The notes beneath the pieces were generated by a model that was not told the DNA's origin, did no database searches, and saw nothing but the letters and a program-made list of their open reading frames with translations. Below are positions 48,705-58,332 of a stretch of 64,000 bases of DNA, in pieces (positions within the stretch are counted from its first letter, which is position 1; each line of letters starts with the position of its first letter). Where the stretch lies: IMG/VR virus record IMGVR_UViG_3300044846_005229, positions 62,001-126,000 of that record, one strand, 5' to 3'. Made by a program: the position numbers and the translations under genes.

Positions 48705-49238
48705 TCAGACACCGTAGTCACCCAATTCGTCGGCAAAAGCGCGAACTTCTTCTGGATTAATGCGGGCAGCCCCACAATCATCCGCATATTGCGTGAGATC
48801 AACAAGGGCACGGAGGGTGGCAGCGAGACCTTTGCGTGGTTCATATGTTGGGGCTGAGTCTGAGCCACATGCCTTATCAATAAAAGCATCAAGCAAGGCT
48901 TTGGCGACGGGGCTTAGCGACGGCCCTTTGGATGAAGACACCAACGCAAGTACCGGCTCCTTAACGTACAGCACCGACGCTGACCGGCCCGAACGTGTGG
49001 GTCGCTGAGTTTCCTTGCCAGTTGAGGGGTCGGTTCGCTTCTCTAATTGACCCATTTGCACTAATTCCCGACATCGGGCAGAAGCAGTTTGGTGCAACAT
49101 TGAAAGGTCTTGTTCGACTTCGTCGCAAGTGGCACCATTGGGTTTGGTGCGGATGTGGTTGAGAACCTTGAGCCTTAGGCTTTCTGCGATTTGGGCAACT
49201 GAGTTAGCGGCAGCTTTTTGGGTTTGGGTGGTTGGCAT
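48705..49238 (-). CDS. Winged-HTH protein fused to LSPAAQ-family domain
   Basis: GATCDEVE..L...HQTASAR..EL...RPTRSGR; C-terminal LSPVAKALLDA. Confidence 0.6.
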   Translation of the reverse strand: MPTTQTQKAAANSVAQIAESLRLKVLNHIRTKPNGATCDEVEQDLSMLHQTASARCRELVQMGQLEKRTDPSTGKETQRPTRSGRSASVLYVKEPVLALVSSSKGPSLSPVAKALLDAFIDKACGSDSAPTYEPRKGLAATLRALVDLTQYADDCGAARINPEEVRAFADELGDYGV

Positions 49239-50090
49239 GGTTGGTTTGGGTGGTGGGTTTGAGGGGGGGTGAGACCCCGGTAGCTACTATGGCAGGCAGG
49301 CTAGGTGCGGCGGTGCTTTTACTATCAGCAGTTTGACCCTTAGGCATAGTGACCCACTACCCTAGCATAAAAGTCATTAAGTGCCTTAAGCACATCAGGC
49401 TCTAACACAACCACAGGCTCATTACGGTGGTCATTTACCATTAGTGAAACGGCATATCCGTCAAACTGGGCATATACACCATCGCCCAAATAGTCAATCC
49501 AGGGGTCATTATTCATAGGGGGTCGTAAATTCATTGGTTCAGTCGTCGCTAATGCTCCGATTCTAGGGTGTCCGGCGGTGTTGCGGTACTTTGGTTCAGT
49601 CATTGTAATGTCAACGCACGGTCGGCTTCAGACGTGAGCAGGGCTCGAAGTTGTTTCCGGAAATCGTAATTGTGCTCCACTAAAGATCCAAACCAAATTG
49701 GGTCCAATGGTTCTTCTTCTGGTACAAGCCAGTCGCGAATGGCTAGGATTCGAGCAGCATTGTAGTCTTCGTCGTTAAAACATTCTCCCGTCTCTCTTTC
49801 TTTTGCCAGGAGTTCATCTTCTGACTTATCCATTGCTTGCCACAGTCTGGGGGCGGATTTTGTACTCATTAGGTCTCTTCGTTTGGTTTAAGCATTGAGT
49901 TTATTGATTGGAAAGCGCTTATTTTTAGACCGTGTAAGACGCCGCTTTTAGTCACTTCAATAAAGTAATTATTCCAGTTTTCATACGGCTCTGGGGGAGG
50001 GCCCGAAAATACGCAATTGGTGATGAGGGATAAGGGCCTGTCGGTATTCATCGATGGGTGATTGTCAGTGGTCATTGGTGGCTTCAGCAA

Positions 50091-50216
50091 TCATCGTATT
50101 CGGCTCACCATAAATATGGCTAATCCTATGTAGATAACTCCTGCTACAACCACAGTGCCAGCGGCACCAGCGGCACCGTAAAGAAGCCAAAGTGGAATTG
50201 TGAATGTGAACGTCAT
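50091..50216 (-). CDS. Small membrane peptide C (41 aa)
   Basis: MTFTFTIPLWLLYGAAGAAGTVVVAGVIYIGLAIFMVSRIR; paralogue of the next two. Confidence 0.65.
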   Translation of the reverse strand: MTFTFTIPLWLLYGAAGAAGTVVVAGVIYIGLAIFMVSRIR

Positions 50217-50288
50217 TGGGTGCTTATGGGAATAATCAAAGGTGTGTGAGAAGGATGTTATGTGACAAGGTGTTGGCCATAATTAGTA

Positions 50289-50429
50289 TCACCCCCAGGG
50301 CCCAAATCTATTGCCGCCGGTAACAAGTCCTACGAAAATAAAAACCCCTAAACACATAAACGCTAATGCCACAAGTGCGGCAAAGCCTCCTGCTGTGTAT
50401 AGCAGCCAGATTGGAATTGTGAATGTCAT
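50289..50429 (-). CDS. Small membrane peptide B (46 aa)
   Basis: MTFTIPIWLLYTAGGFAALVALAFMCLGVFIFVGLVTGGNRFGPWG; ATGA overlap with the upstream gene. Confidence 0.68.
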   Translation of the reverse strand: MTFTIPIWLLYTAGGFAALVALAFMCLGVFIFVGLVTGGNRFGPWG

Positions 50430-50548
50430 TGCAGTTTAATTGATCGAAGGTAGCGAAGCGCCAAGGCTCCGAAGCAAGCTAGGGCAAGCGTCACAATAAT
50501 TGCACCGCCGCCCGCAAAAAGGAGCCAGATTGGAATGGTAATTGTCAT
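50426..50548 (-). CDS. Small membrane peptide A (40 aa)
   Basis: MTITIPIWLLFAGGGAIIVTLALACFGALALRYLRSIKLQ; ATGA overlap with the upstream gene. Confidence 0.68.
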   Translation of the reverse strand: MTITIPIWLLFAGGGAIIVTLALACFGALALRYLRSIKLQ

Positions 50549-51620
50549 TGGCGAACCTCAGGTGTAGCCCCTAGTGCGCGGCGAATGATGTCGCATTGGT
50601 CGGGTGTTAGTTTCACCGCTGACGCACCATATGTCTCAAGTAAACGCAAGGCCTGTTCTTTTTCGGAGGGTGGTTTAGGGCGGCGGTTTAATTTTAAATC
50701 CCCAACGGTAATGCCATCAAAGTATCTGTCTTTCTCTGGGATTGATTGCTGTCCCGCAAATTCGCAAATAGCGTCTAACTCCTGGTCTGCGCCGTGCATA
50801 ATAAGACGACTTGCAAGTTTCATATACTCGGCACGGGGGAATGCCATCTCTACATCGGGATCTGGAACAGTGAAACCCGACTCGTGCATAAACCTCTGCA
50901 CTAATTCGTAGGATGGAAGGTCAATAGATTGGTCCATAGTCATTGGGTATCTGTGGGAATGGTGCTCAGGGCGCGGCGAATGATGTTACATTGGACGGGT
51001 GTTAGTATCACCGTTGATGCACCGTTCGCCTCAAGTAAACGTAAGGCCAGTTCTTTTTGGGTCGGAGGTTGCGGGCGCCGAGCGTCGCGGAGAAACTCGA
51101 TGGCCATCGCGTCCCTTGTATTCTTTGCGAGCCAATCACAGCAAGCCTCTAATTCCTGGTCTGCACCCCAGCGGGCTGCTTTGATAGCTATGTAGGTTCC
51201 TTCACCATGGCTGGCAGGGTTATGAGTATAGCAAACCCACTCTCTTTTCCACTGGTTTAGTAACTCTGGGGAAGGGATGATTCGGTGTTGTTCAGTCATT
51301 GGTTGGTCTTCGTTAGTCATTGTAGTCAAATCGTTGGTTGGCGGAATGAAGTATCCATCATTACATCTGATAACTCCGTCATCAGTCAATTCTCGCAGAG
51401 CTTGCATCACTTCGTGTCTATAGGGGGCGCACGGAAAAAAGTGCGTTATCCCCAAGCGCACCCCGGCGGAGCTATGAGGTCCAGGGTTATCTTTGAGAAA
51501 GGATGTGATTTTCTTTTGTATTAGGTTCTGATAGGAAGTTTTTGATTTCATAGCTAATCCGGTTTCTTCTACGGGGTGTCGATTGTTGTTCATTGGTTCA
51601 GACAACGGGGTGGCATTCAT
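50545..51620 (-). repeat. Tandem paralogous genes of the GADQELEAC family (50545-50943, 50940-51620)
   Basis: Shared GADQEL.A.C, RRP.PP..KE.ALRLLE..GAS and LTP.QC.IIRRAL at protein and DNA level. Confidence 0.7.
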
Positions 51621-51780
51621 CGCATATCATCATAATAAAGAGTCATTCTACGGTCGCATAGCTTGCACTTGTATTACTCGCAATGGAAGTCGGACCATGT
51701 TTCTAGCATATAGGGGCATGACCATGACTCTTGTTCGGTGTTGCATCTTGTGGTTTTATCGACGGCATTATTCATTTTTA

Positions 51781-52428
51781 TTATAGGTCGATGTCCTTAG
51801 CAATAAATGGTGTGAGTTCATTTCGGAGCGCAACCCATAGCCGCCTAAAGACATTGTACTCACAGAAATTGTGAACCCTCCGCCTGATGTCAAAAAGTTC
51901 GTCATTGGTTGACAGGTACCTATCATTCAAAGAAGCATTAGTGCTTAAGGCATCGTTGAGTTTTTCCTCTAGTTTAGATTTTTCCTGCTTGGTTTCGGTA
52001 AGATCCTTATAGTATCTATTGGACTTATCAGTCTCTATCCTTTTCTCATGCTCTAATTTTGAGATTTTTCCTGCAACTTTTTCTTCATTAAATACGTGCC
52101 ATAGGATGCTTTCTAGCTCAGGTTCGACGGCGAACAGGTGGTGGTAGGTATTTATATCGTCCCCGGTCTTCCAATCTTTCTCAGAGTCATACCGTTGCCA
52201 AGGTTCCGGGGGTCGAATTTCAGAGCATCCTCGGGACACTCTAAACGATTTACATACGTGGTGTAGAGGGAGAATGGTCTCCTTAATGGACGATGGGATA
52301 AACACGGGGGATCCACCCTCAATATAAAGGGGAGACACATCCTCAGCACGGTCCATGTACCTAATATACTTATCGTTGTATACTGGAATGACTTTAGATT
52401 GAAGGGTGTATAAGGTGGCGGTTTGCAT
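51781..52428 (-). CDS. Hypothetical coiled-coil protein
   Basis: 215-aa ORF. Confidence 0.55.
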   Translation of the reverse strand: MQTATLYTLQSKVIPVYNDKYIRYMDRAEDVSPLYIEGGSPVFIPSSIKETILPLHHVCKSFRVSRGCSEIRPPEPWQRYDSEKDWKTGDDINTYHHLFAVEPELESILWHVFNEEKVAGKISKLEHEKRIETDKSNRYYKDLTETKQEKSKLEEKLNDALSTNASLNDRYLSTNDELFDIRRRVHNFCEYNVFRRLWVALRNELTPFIAKDIDL

Positions 52429-52442
52429 TGTGCTGTTTGGGT

Positions 52443-52883
52443 TTAAGGATGGGGGACTTCAGAAAAGTCGATGAAACTCTCGGCAGTTTTAAATTGGTCT
52501 GTAACATCCACGACGGTGTCAGTTTCCGGGTTATACAAGAACACTGTGCAATTGGACTTTACAACGTCTTTCCTTGCCCGTTCTTGTCCGACTTTGCTGT
52601 CGGCTCTCCAAGTATAGTTGATATGAGATTCCCAGCCGTTGGTAATTTCTTTTCTTGATGTTACCATAAGAATCTTCCCCATTCGCCAGGCGACTTCTTT
52701 AATGCAAGCTGTGCGACTATAAGCAATTCTGATGTGAGCGGTTATACTCTCCATTGCTGTTATAAGGTCCGCAAGACCATTTAGATTCCCTGCTTCGCAG
52801 TTCTGTGTTCTGAAATTGAGAAACAAATCTACAAACTCGTTGAATTTGGAATTTAGTTGTTCGGTTGTTACTTGGTTGTCCAT
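52443..52883 (-). CDS. Hypothetical protein
   Basis: 146-aa ORF. Confidence 0.5.
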   Translation of the reverse strand: MDNQVTTEQLNSKFNEFVDLFLNFRTQNCEAGNLNGLADLITAMESITAHIRIAYSRTACIKEVAWRMGKILMVTSRKEITNGWESHINYTWRADSKVGQERARKDVVKSNCTVFLYNPETDTVVDVTDQFKTAESFIDFSEVPHP

Positions 52884-52896
52884 TGTTGTTTAGTGC

Positions 52897-53339
52897 CTAA
52901 GGGGCCCGATAAAATCCGACGCCAGCAACCTCTTCCCAAAGCTGCCGCATCGTTATTAGTATAGCAGCTTGGTGCTTAGAGTCAAGCAGTCCGAAATCGT
53001 GCCGGTAGCGCATGGCCATTGATTCTAGGAGGATCGGGTCTGGCTGTGCCTGGGTGGGGCCAAGAACCCTTAGTGTACACATGGTATCACCTTCTCTTAC
53101 GGTCCTCTCCGAGACTTCGAAACCAAACTCTTGAAGGAGTTTAAATGCAGCAATATAATATGGTTTTCTTATGGGGGGGGGTTCCCTTTGTCCACAACAC
53201 AGTAGATAGTTAGTTCTACGGAACACTCACCCCTGTGGTAAGCTTTTTTAACTAGGGCCCCAATGCGTGTAAGTATCGCGCCCAGATCTGCCAGGGCCTC
53301 TGCATTTTCTAGGGTAATGTGGCCCGATGCGGTTGTCAT
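52897..53339 (-). pseudogene. Gene interrupted at a C9 homopolymer; paralogue of 60631-61012
   Basis: The frame from ATG 53339 aligns with the paralogue up to the tract at 53173-53181, then homology continues in another frame. Confidence 0.6.
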
Positions 53340-53426
53340 GTGGTTATTCTATTCATTTAATTTGGAGGGAAGAGTCGGTGGCTGCCATAGTGCGGGCATG
53401 GTTTGAGTGTGGTTGTGGACTCTACC

Positions 53427-54305
53427 TCAGTCATAGACGGCCCAGAGATCATAGTCATCACTTGGATCAGGAGGTTGAAGGTCTCTGTTCTTGTTTTTTG
53501 TTTGGATTCCATATATCCGATGCTTCACCTTGTTCAATTCCACCACAGGGAAAAACCATTGCCCCCTAGACTGGAATGCTCCGGGGAAGCTGCCGCCTTC
53601 TAACCAATTGCGGATTGTGCCCAGGTTGGTTACACCCAAATAGGAAGCTGCAGCTTGGGTGTCTAACAGATCGCCTTTGGAGATAAGGTGGCATGAGTTT
53701 AGGGTATCTACCATTGCACTTAAGCTCTCGTTGTTGGCGGCCAATGTTTCTGCATTTCGCGACAACGTGTCGTTTATGCCTTTAAGCTTTTCGACTGTTT
53801 TATCCAGGTTTTGAGGGTCGCTAACCACGGTTGTTGGGGAATCTTGCATTTCACTCTTGAAGGCTTTCATAATTAAGTCATCATCAATGCTCACATGGGT
53901 TCTGTTAGGGTATTTTCTTCTTGTTTTGTCAAATGGCCCATCAGTCTCATTAACCATTCGTGCAAGTTGGGAGGGAGAATATTGGCCATACAGTTCCCAA
54001 ATGCGCCTCAAGAGTGGGATTCTGGGGTCGTCTTCTCGAAGAGTTGGGTAACCGTCGAGGGGTGAAAGGCAGGACGGAACTGGCCCACTTCCAAATTCTC
54101 CGGCAAAGTCATAAACACCTTGAAATCCAGGTCCCCACGGCATCATCGTCACTACTTCACTAATGATAGGCTTACCGTGTAGAGCCAGGCTCCACCCGTA
54201 AGCAAAGTATACGAGTTTTTGCAACTTGGATAGCGTGATTTGCTGGCCATCTCGCCTAGCAGAATCTATGAACCAGTTTGCCACTAATGTGCTATCGTTC
54301 TTCAT
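53427..54305 (-). CDS. Panacea/SocA-like (DUF4065) antitoxin domain fused to an excisionase-type HTH
   Basis: VANWFI...KLQKLVYFAYGW.L...WGP...IWELYG.YS...L; C-terminal LLDTQAAASYLGV...TIRNW...FPGA....QW. Confidence 0.75.
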   Translation of the reverse strand: MKNDSTLVANWFIDSARRDGQQITLSKLQKLVYFAYGWSLALHGKPIISEVVTMMPWGPGFQGVYDFAGEFGSGPVPSCLSPLDGYPTLREDDPRIPLLRRIWELYGQYSPSQLARMVNETDGPFDKTRRKYPNRTHVSIDDDLIMKAFKSEMQDSPTTVVSDPQNLDKTVEKLKGINDTLSRNAETLAANNESLSAMVDTLNSCHLISKGDLLDTQAAASYLGVTNLGTIRNWLEGGSFPGAFQSRGQWFFPVVELNKVKHRIYGIQTKNKNRDLQPPDPSDDYDLWAVYD

Positions 54306-54407
54306 ACATTTATCTTACTGTTTCTGCTCCTTAGAAGCAAGCCGGAAAACCGAACCGGGCATGGCGGTTTACCCCCCGTAACTTTAGACTTATCCACATA
54401 CTAATTA

Positions 54408-54989
54408 TTAGTCTGGGACAACATCAAAACGATGAAGCTCGTTTAACATTCTAGCATACTCTGATACAATGGCCCAGTGATCTACAAAAACACGGCAGTT
54501 TGGGTGGGCACCCTTTAGCTGCATCGTTCGGAAGTCAAATGATGGTAAGGATGCGGGCGTTTCGAACTTCACACCTAGGGTACTGGCTTCCCCTGCCCCG
54601 AACAACCTGTCTGCCATCCTCTCCATTTGGAAGATATGCCCATGGTTAGCAGCTATGACATAGACAGCCTTTCCTTCTTTCGCCAGTTTGAATGCTTCGG
54701 TTAGCATCCTTGTGGTCCGGCCAGTTTGAATGTATGGGTCAGATGGCGTTGTCATAGTTGTTGGTTTGGTTGTTGGTTTGGTGAAGGATGCTTCAACGAT
54801 TTGCTTGAGTTTTTCATGGTTGATTTTCTCTAAGGCAGCATTTTGTCGGCGGAGATTTTCCGTCTCTTGACGAATGGTCTCAGTCTTTTGGCGAATGCGT
54901 TCCGTGCTTTGTCGCAGGGGTTCGAGCCAATCGTCTTTGGGGTGTATCATATTAGGGACCTTAGCGGTATACCACAGGCCTTCAGCCAA
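54408..54989 (-). CDS. Hypothetical protein with degenerate P-loop-like motif
   Basis: QTGRTTRML...VFVDH. Confidence 0.45.
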   Translation of the reverse strand: MAEGLWYTAKVPNMIHPKDDWLEPLRQSTERIRQKTETIRQETENLRRQNAALEKINHEKLKQIVEASFTKPTTKPTTMTTPSDPYIQTGRTTRMLTEAFKLAKEGKAVYVIAANHGHIFQMERMADRLFGAGEASTLGVKFETPASLPSFDFRTMQLKGAHPNCRVFVDHWAIVSEYARMLNELHRFDVVPD

Positions 54990-55221
54990 AGGGTATCGTT
55001 ACCGATGCGATCGGCGATCGTCTTAAGCTCAGAAATATCGCATGGTACCCTCATCCAGAATACTTCTGGATCCACACAGGGTGCAGACCCGGCATGGAAC
55101 CCCTGAGCCTTAATAAGAATGTGGCCATCATCATCCATACCGTATTCTTGCCCATTGGCATCCGTCACGGTATTTCCCGCCAGCAAAACTCGAAGTAGGA
55201 TTTCTATGGGTTCTTTCATAG

Positions 55222-55734
55222 TTATAGGTGGTTGGAGGGGTGGTGAGAATTAACCTTGTCCTGTACCATAAGCCGAAGTGCTTCGTCGTGAACAAATCTA
55301 TGGTACAAATTTAGGGCACTTGCGAGTACTTCTGCTTTGCTTTGCTGCGTCTTCACCGCAAGCTCGTTTACAGTTGTAACGAAACTGTCTTCGAAGGGCG
55401 CTTCCCCCTCTTCACCCAGTCCGATGTCTGCTATCGACTCCTCAAGAGTAAAAACACGCTCCTTGCCTTGTTCTACTCGGTCAGCTACAGCAATAGCTAA
55501 GCTAATTTCCTCGTCAGAGAAGTCCTGTTCATCATCGGGAACCATTGCTGAAAGCTTTTCGTCTTCATTAAGGTCCGGTGGATCGGCAAACTCTCTCTTT
55601 CTTGCTTGGTCTAGGCCACGCTTAACAGAGGCAATAGCTTCCTTATTTCTGAAAAGCCATGCCTCCTGCGTTGGGTCTAGTTTTATCTTAAACGCCATCC
55701 CTGCAGCATCGAGCCAGCGGTATATCACAGTCAT
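55222..55734 (-). CDS. Antitoxin-like acidic protein
   Basis: EAWLFRNKEAIASVKRGLDQA motif; C-terminal RHH-like helix. Confidence 0.45.
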   Translation of the reverse strand: MTVIYRWLDAAGMAFKIKLDPTQEAWLFRNKEAIASVKRGLDQARKREFADPPDLNEDEKLSAMVPDDEQDFSDEEISLAIAVADRVEQGKERVFTLEESIADIGLGEEGEAPFEDSFVTTVNELAVKTQQSKAEVLASALNLYHRFVHDEALRLMVQDKVNSHHPSNHL

Positions 55735-55940
55735 ATCCCTAACCCCACAACATCACGCAAGGTGCCGTCCGAATCGCGAAGAATCACATTGCCCCCTTGC
55801 TGGCGGGTATCTATTGCTTTCTTATAGAGAGCCATGGCACGGCGGAAGATTTCACCACGGGAATGGCCCGTTTGTTCAACAAGGTCTTGCACGTCCTGGG
55901 CGAGGTCAAGTGGCATGATTATATCGAATCTAGTTTTCAT
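55731..55940 (-). CDS. CopG/RHH DNA-binding protein
   Basis: RFDIIMP..L...VQDL...TG.SRGEIFRRAMALY. Confidence 0.65.
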   Translation of the reverse strand: MKTRFDIIMPLDLAQDVQDLVEQTGHSRGEIFRRAMALYKKAIDTRQQGGNVILRDSDGTLRDVVGLGI

Positions 55941-56494
55941 TGTCGCGCATCCGTTGATTCTTTGGGAAACATGTGGTCTATGGTTTTATCGAAAAAGTTT
56001 ATTTGGCCCTTTTGCGGTCAGACTTCATGGAAGCAAGTATCGATTCGAGTTTTTGGTTGAACTCTTCTCTGGCTCTTTTTGACTCTTCACGGTCAGATTT
56101 TGCAGAAGCAATTAACAAATCAAGTTTTTTTTATTAAATCGTCTTGTGCGGTCATGGTAGGTTTCCGTAAGTCTGCAGGAGCTTGGTGGCAAAATCCACT
56201 ACGATGTCCCGAATGTCAGTGTCTTCAACATAGGGAGAACAAGCGCCCCGTAGGAATTTTCGTAGACTAGGTCCATTGAAACAGCCAACGCAATGATTTG
56301 GTCTGTGGTGGGGAGTGGTGGGGGACGGTGACTGGTTGACGCATCGGTGGCATCTATTCCCCCAACTTCAGCAACGAACTCAAGGCAAGTTACTCTTTCA
56401 GGACACGTAAAGCAGTCGTTCTCTGCAATTTCCTGAAAAGATTTGGTTCGGCCCGGACTGTAACATTCTGGCTTTTTGTGGGCTTGAAATTCCA

Positions 56495-56962
56495 TCAAAA
56501 ATCACCTCCGTCAATCTCTTGCAGTCTAGCCATAATCTCCATGTAGAAAACATGGTACTTTGCCATCCGAGCAATATCCTTCTCGGTTACACCTTTGAGG
56601 CGGCGCACATCGGTATTGTGTCTCAAGTCACACAGCTTGACCCTCATCGCATCCTCATTGGCAAAGACCCGATGTTTGTATTCATCGTAAGTCTCACCAG
56701 GCTGCTTGGTAAGGGCGCGGATGCCTTCGATTACCCGGTGAGTGAATCCTTGCTCTCGGAGGTCCGCATAGGTAACCTCGGTATCTTCGATAATGTCGTG
56801 ACCAAGCGCAATGCACTGGAGGTCTTCGTCGTCGGTTTTTAGAAAGTACATCACCTTCAGCGGGTGAAGGATGTAGGGGTTTCCGCCTTTGTCATACTGA
56901 CCGGCATGGGCGTTGGTTGCCAGCACAAGCATTTTGTTGAGGAGTTGGCCTTTGGTGGTCAT
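56495..56962 (-). CDS. HD-domain small alarmone hydrolase (SpoT/Mesh1-like)
   Basis: AHAGQYDKGGNPYILHP, LGHDIIEDT and VKLCDLRHN motifs. Confidence 0.8.
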   Translation of the reverse strand: MTTKGQLLNKMLVLATNAHAGQYDKGGNPYILHPLKVMYFLKTDDEDLQCIALGHDIIEDTEVTYADLREQGFTHRVIEGIRALTKQPGETYDEYKHRVFANEDAMRVKLCDLRHNTDVRRLKGVTEKDIARMAKYHVFYMEIMARLQEIDGGDF

Positions 56963-57445
56963 GGGTCGGAAGGGGACTACATCATTACTATAGCGTTTCT
57001 GCAGTGCAGAAACAAGGGTGTGAACCGAACGGTTTAGGGCGGTTTACCGCCCCTGGGCCATTTGGGTTAGTTAGCCTGGGTGGAAGACTTCTTATTAGCT
57101 TGGTCTCTCATAAGCATAATGCGGCCACACTCCTCATCAGTGAGTCCAATTTTGAGACTCTTCAGATCGTAGGTGGTCCGAATGTTTTTCAAGATACGGC
57201 TCAATGCCCAGGCAAAATCAGCATCGGTATACTCCGGATTTTTAGGAATCCATTCTTTGGTTCGTCTCCAAGGCCGAGTCCTACCTAGTTTGGTACAATC
57301 GTCCCTATAGTGGCCCACATGCTGATAGTCCAGATGTTGATAGCCATCCTCGTCTTCTCCTAATAAAATTTCAATACACCCGTCAGGGTCCATGTCATCG
57401 AAGTCAGGGAGATGGGGTGGTTGGTTGAAGGGGGTTGTCATTTAC

Positions 57446-57967
57446 TTAGAGATGGGTCACCCGGTTGCCAAACCCACATTTTTCCCATATCATTTGCCTC
57501 TCAGAATACCGAGTCCGAATAGCGTCCGTAAGCTCATCTAGGGAAGCAACTTGCTTGACGCCGTATCGCTCGCAAACAATGTCAACGTTACCCTTTCGGT
57601 GGAATCCTTCAGGGCAGCATACGACCAGCTTGTTGGTTTTATCGGCAGCGATTCCGAGTTCCAACAGGGAGATAGGGCTCATAGTGCCTGGTGCCAAATA
57701 CATAACGACCAGATTCGCCAGAGCCAAAGCATCAAGTTCCCACTCCACTTGTTCACGGAACTGGGGATTATCAGCGCTTTGAACCCATGTTGGGTCCCAG
57801 TTGTCGCGGCGCGGATTGTAGATGTCAATGTCAAGGTGGGCAAGGTTGCGTTCCACCTCAGCTTGCCAATTAGGAGCAGCACCCATTTCGATGGATCCAG
57901 CGAGAAAGACGCTGTAGCCCTGCCATTTTGGCGGGAGTGGTGCGGGTGGTTTGTATGTGGTTGCCAT
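57446..57967 (-). CDS. Nucleoside 2-deoxyribosyltransferase-like protein
   Basis: VFLAGSI, YNPRR, QVEWEL, SPISLLELG and RKGNVDIVC motifs; probable start MATT. Confidence 0.75.
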   Translation of the reverse strand: MATTYKPPAPLPPKWQGYSVFLAGSIEMGAAPNWQAEVERNLAHLDIDIYNPRRDNWDPTWVQSADNPQFREQVEWELDALALANLVVMYLAPGTMSPISLLELGIAADKTNKLVVCCPEGFHRKGNVDIVCERYGVKQVASLDELTDAIRTRYSERQMIWEKCGFGNRVTHL

Positions 57968-57974
57968 TTTTAGC

Positions 57975-58271
57975 TTAAGGGTAAATCTTGTGGAGCCATG
58001 AGACATTTAATTTAAGGGAGTTAGGGGAACTATCGCTGTCTACATAAACTTCGTACCCGTCGTTGGTAAGGTACTTGTAAAGTATTTCCTTCGCGGCTTC
58101 GCCCAAATGGGATAAAGGAATGGCAATGGAAAATTCATTTTTTTGGGCCGCTTCTCGAATCTTAGTATAGTACTCTTCCAGCAGGCTGATGACGCTAGTT
58201 AAATCACTCTCTCTGAAAGAGATATCAAAGGCACTTTGGGCGGTGATTCGGTTTGGGATTTGTAGTTGCAT
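57975..58271 (-). CDS. Hypothetical protein
   Basis: 98-aa ORF; G(Y/F)EV...L.VSW resembles the 53/60 kb paralogues. Confidence 0.5.
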   Translation of the reverse strand: MQLQIPNRITAQSAFDISFRESDLTSVISLLEEYYTKIREAAQKNEFSIAIPLSHLGEAAKEILYKYLTNDGYEVYVDSDSSPNSLKLNVSWLHKIYP

Positions 58272-58332
58272 TTTGGTGTTGGGTTTTGGGTTTTTGGTTT
58301 CGGATTTGTTCCCGAGGATCAGGATGTTAAGG

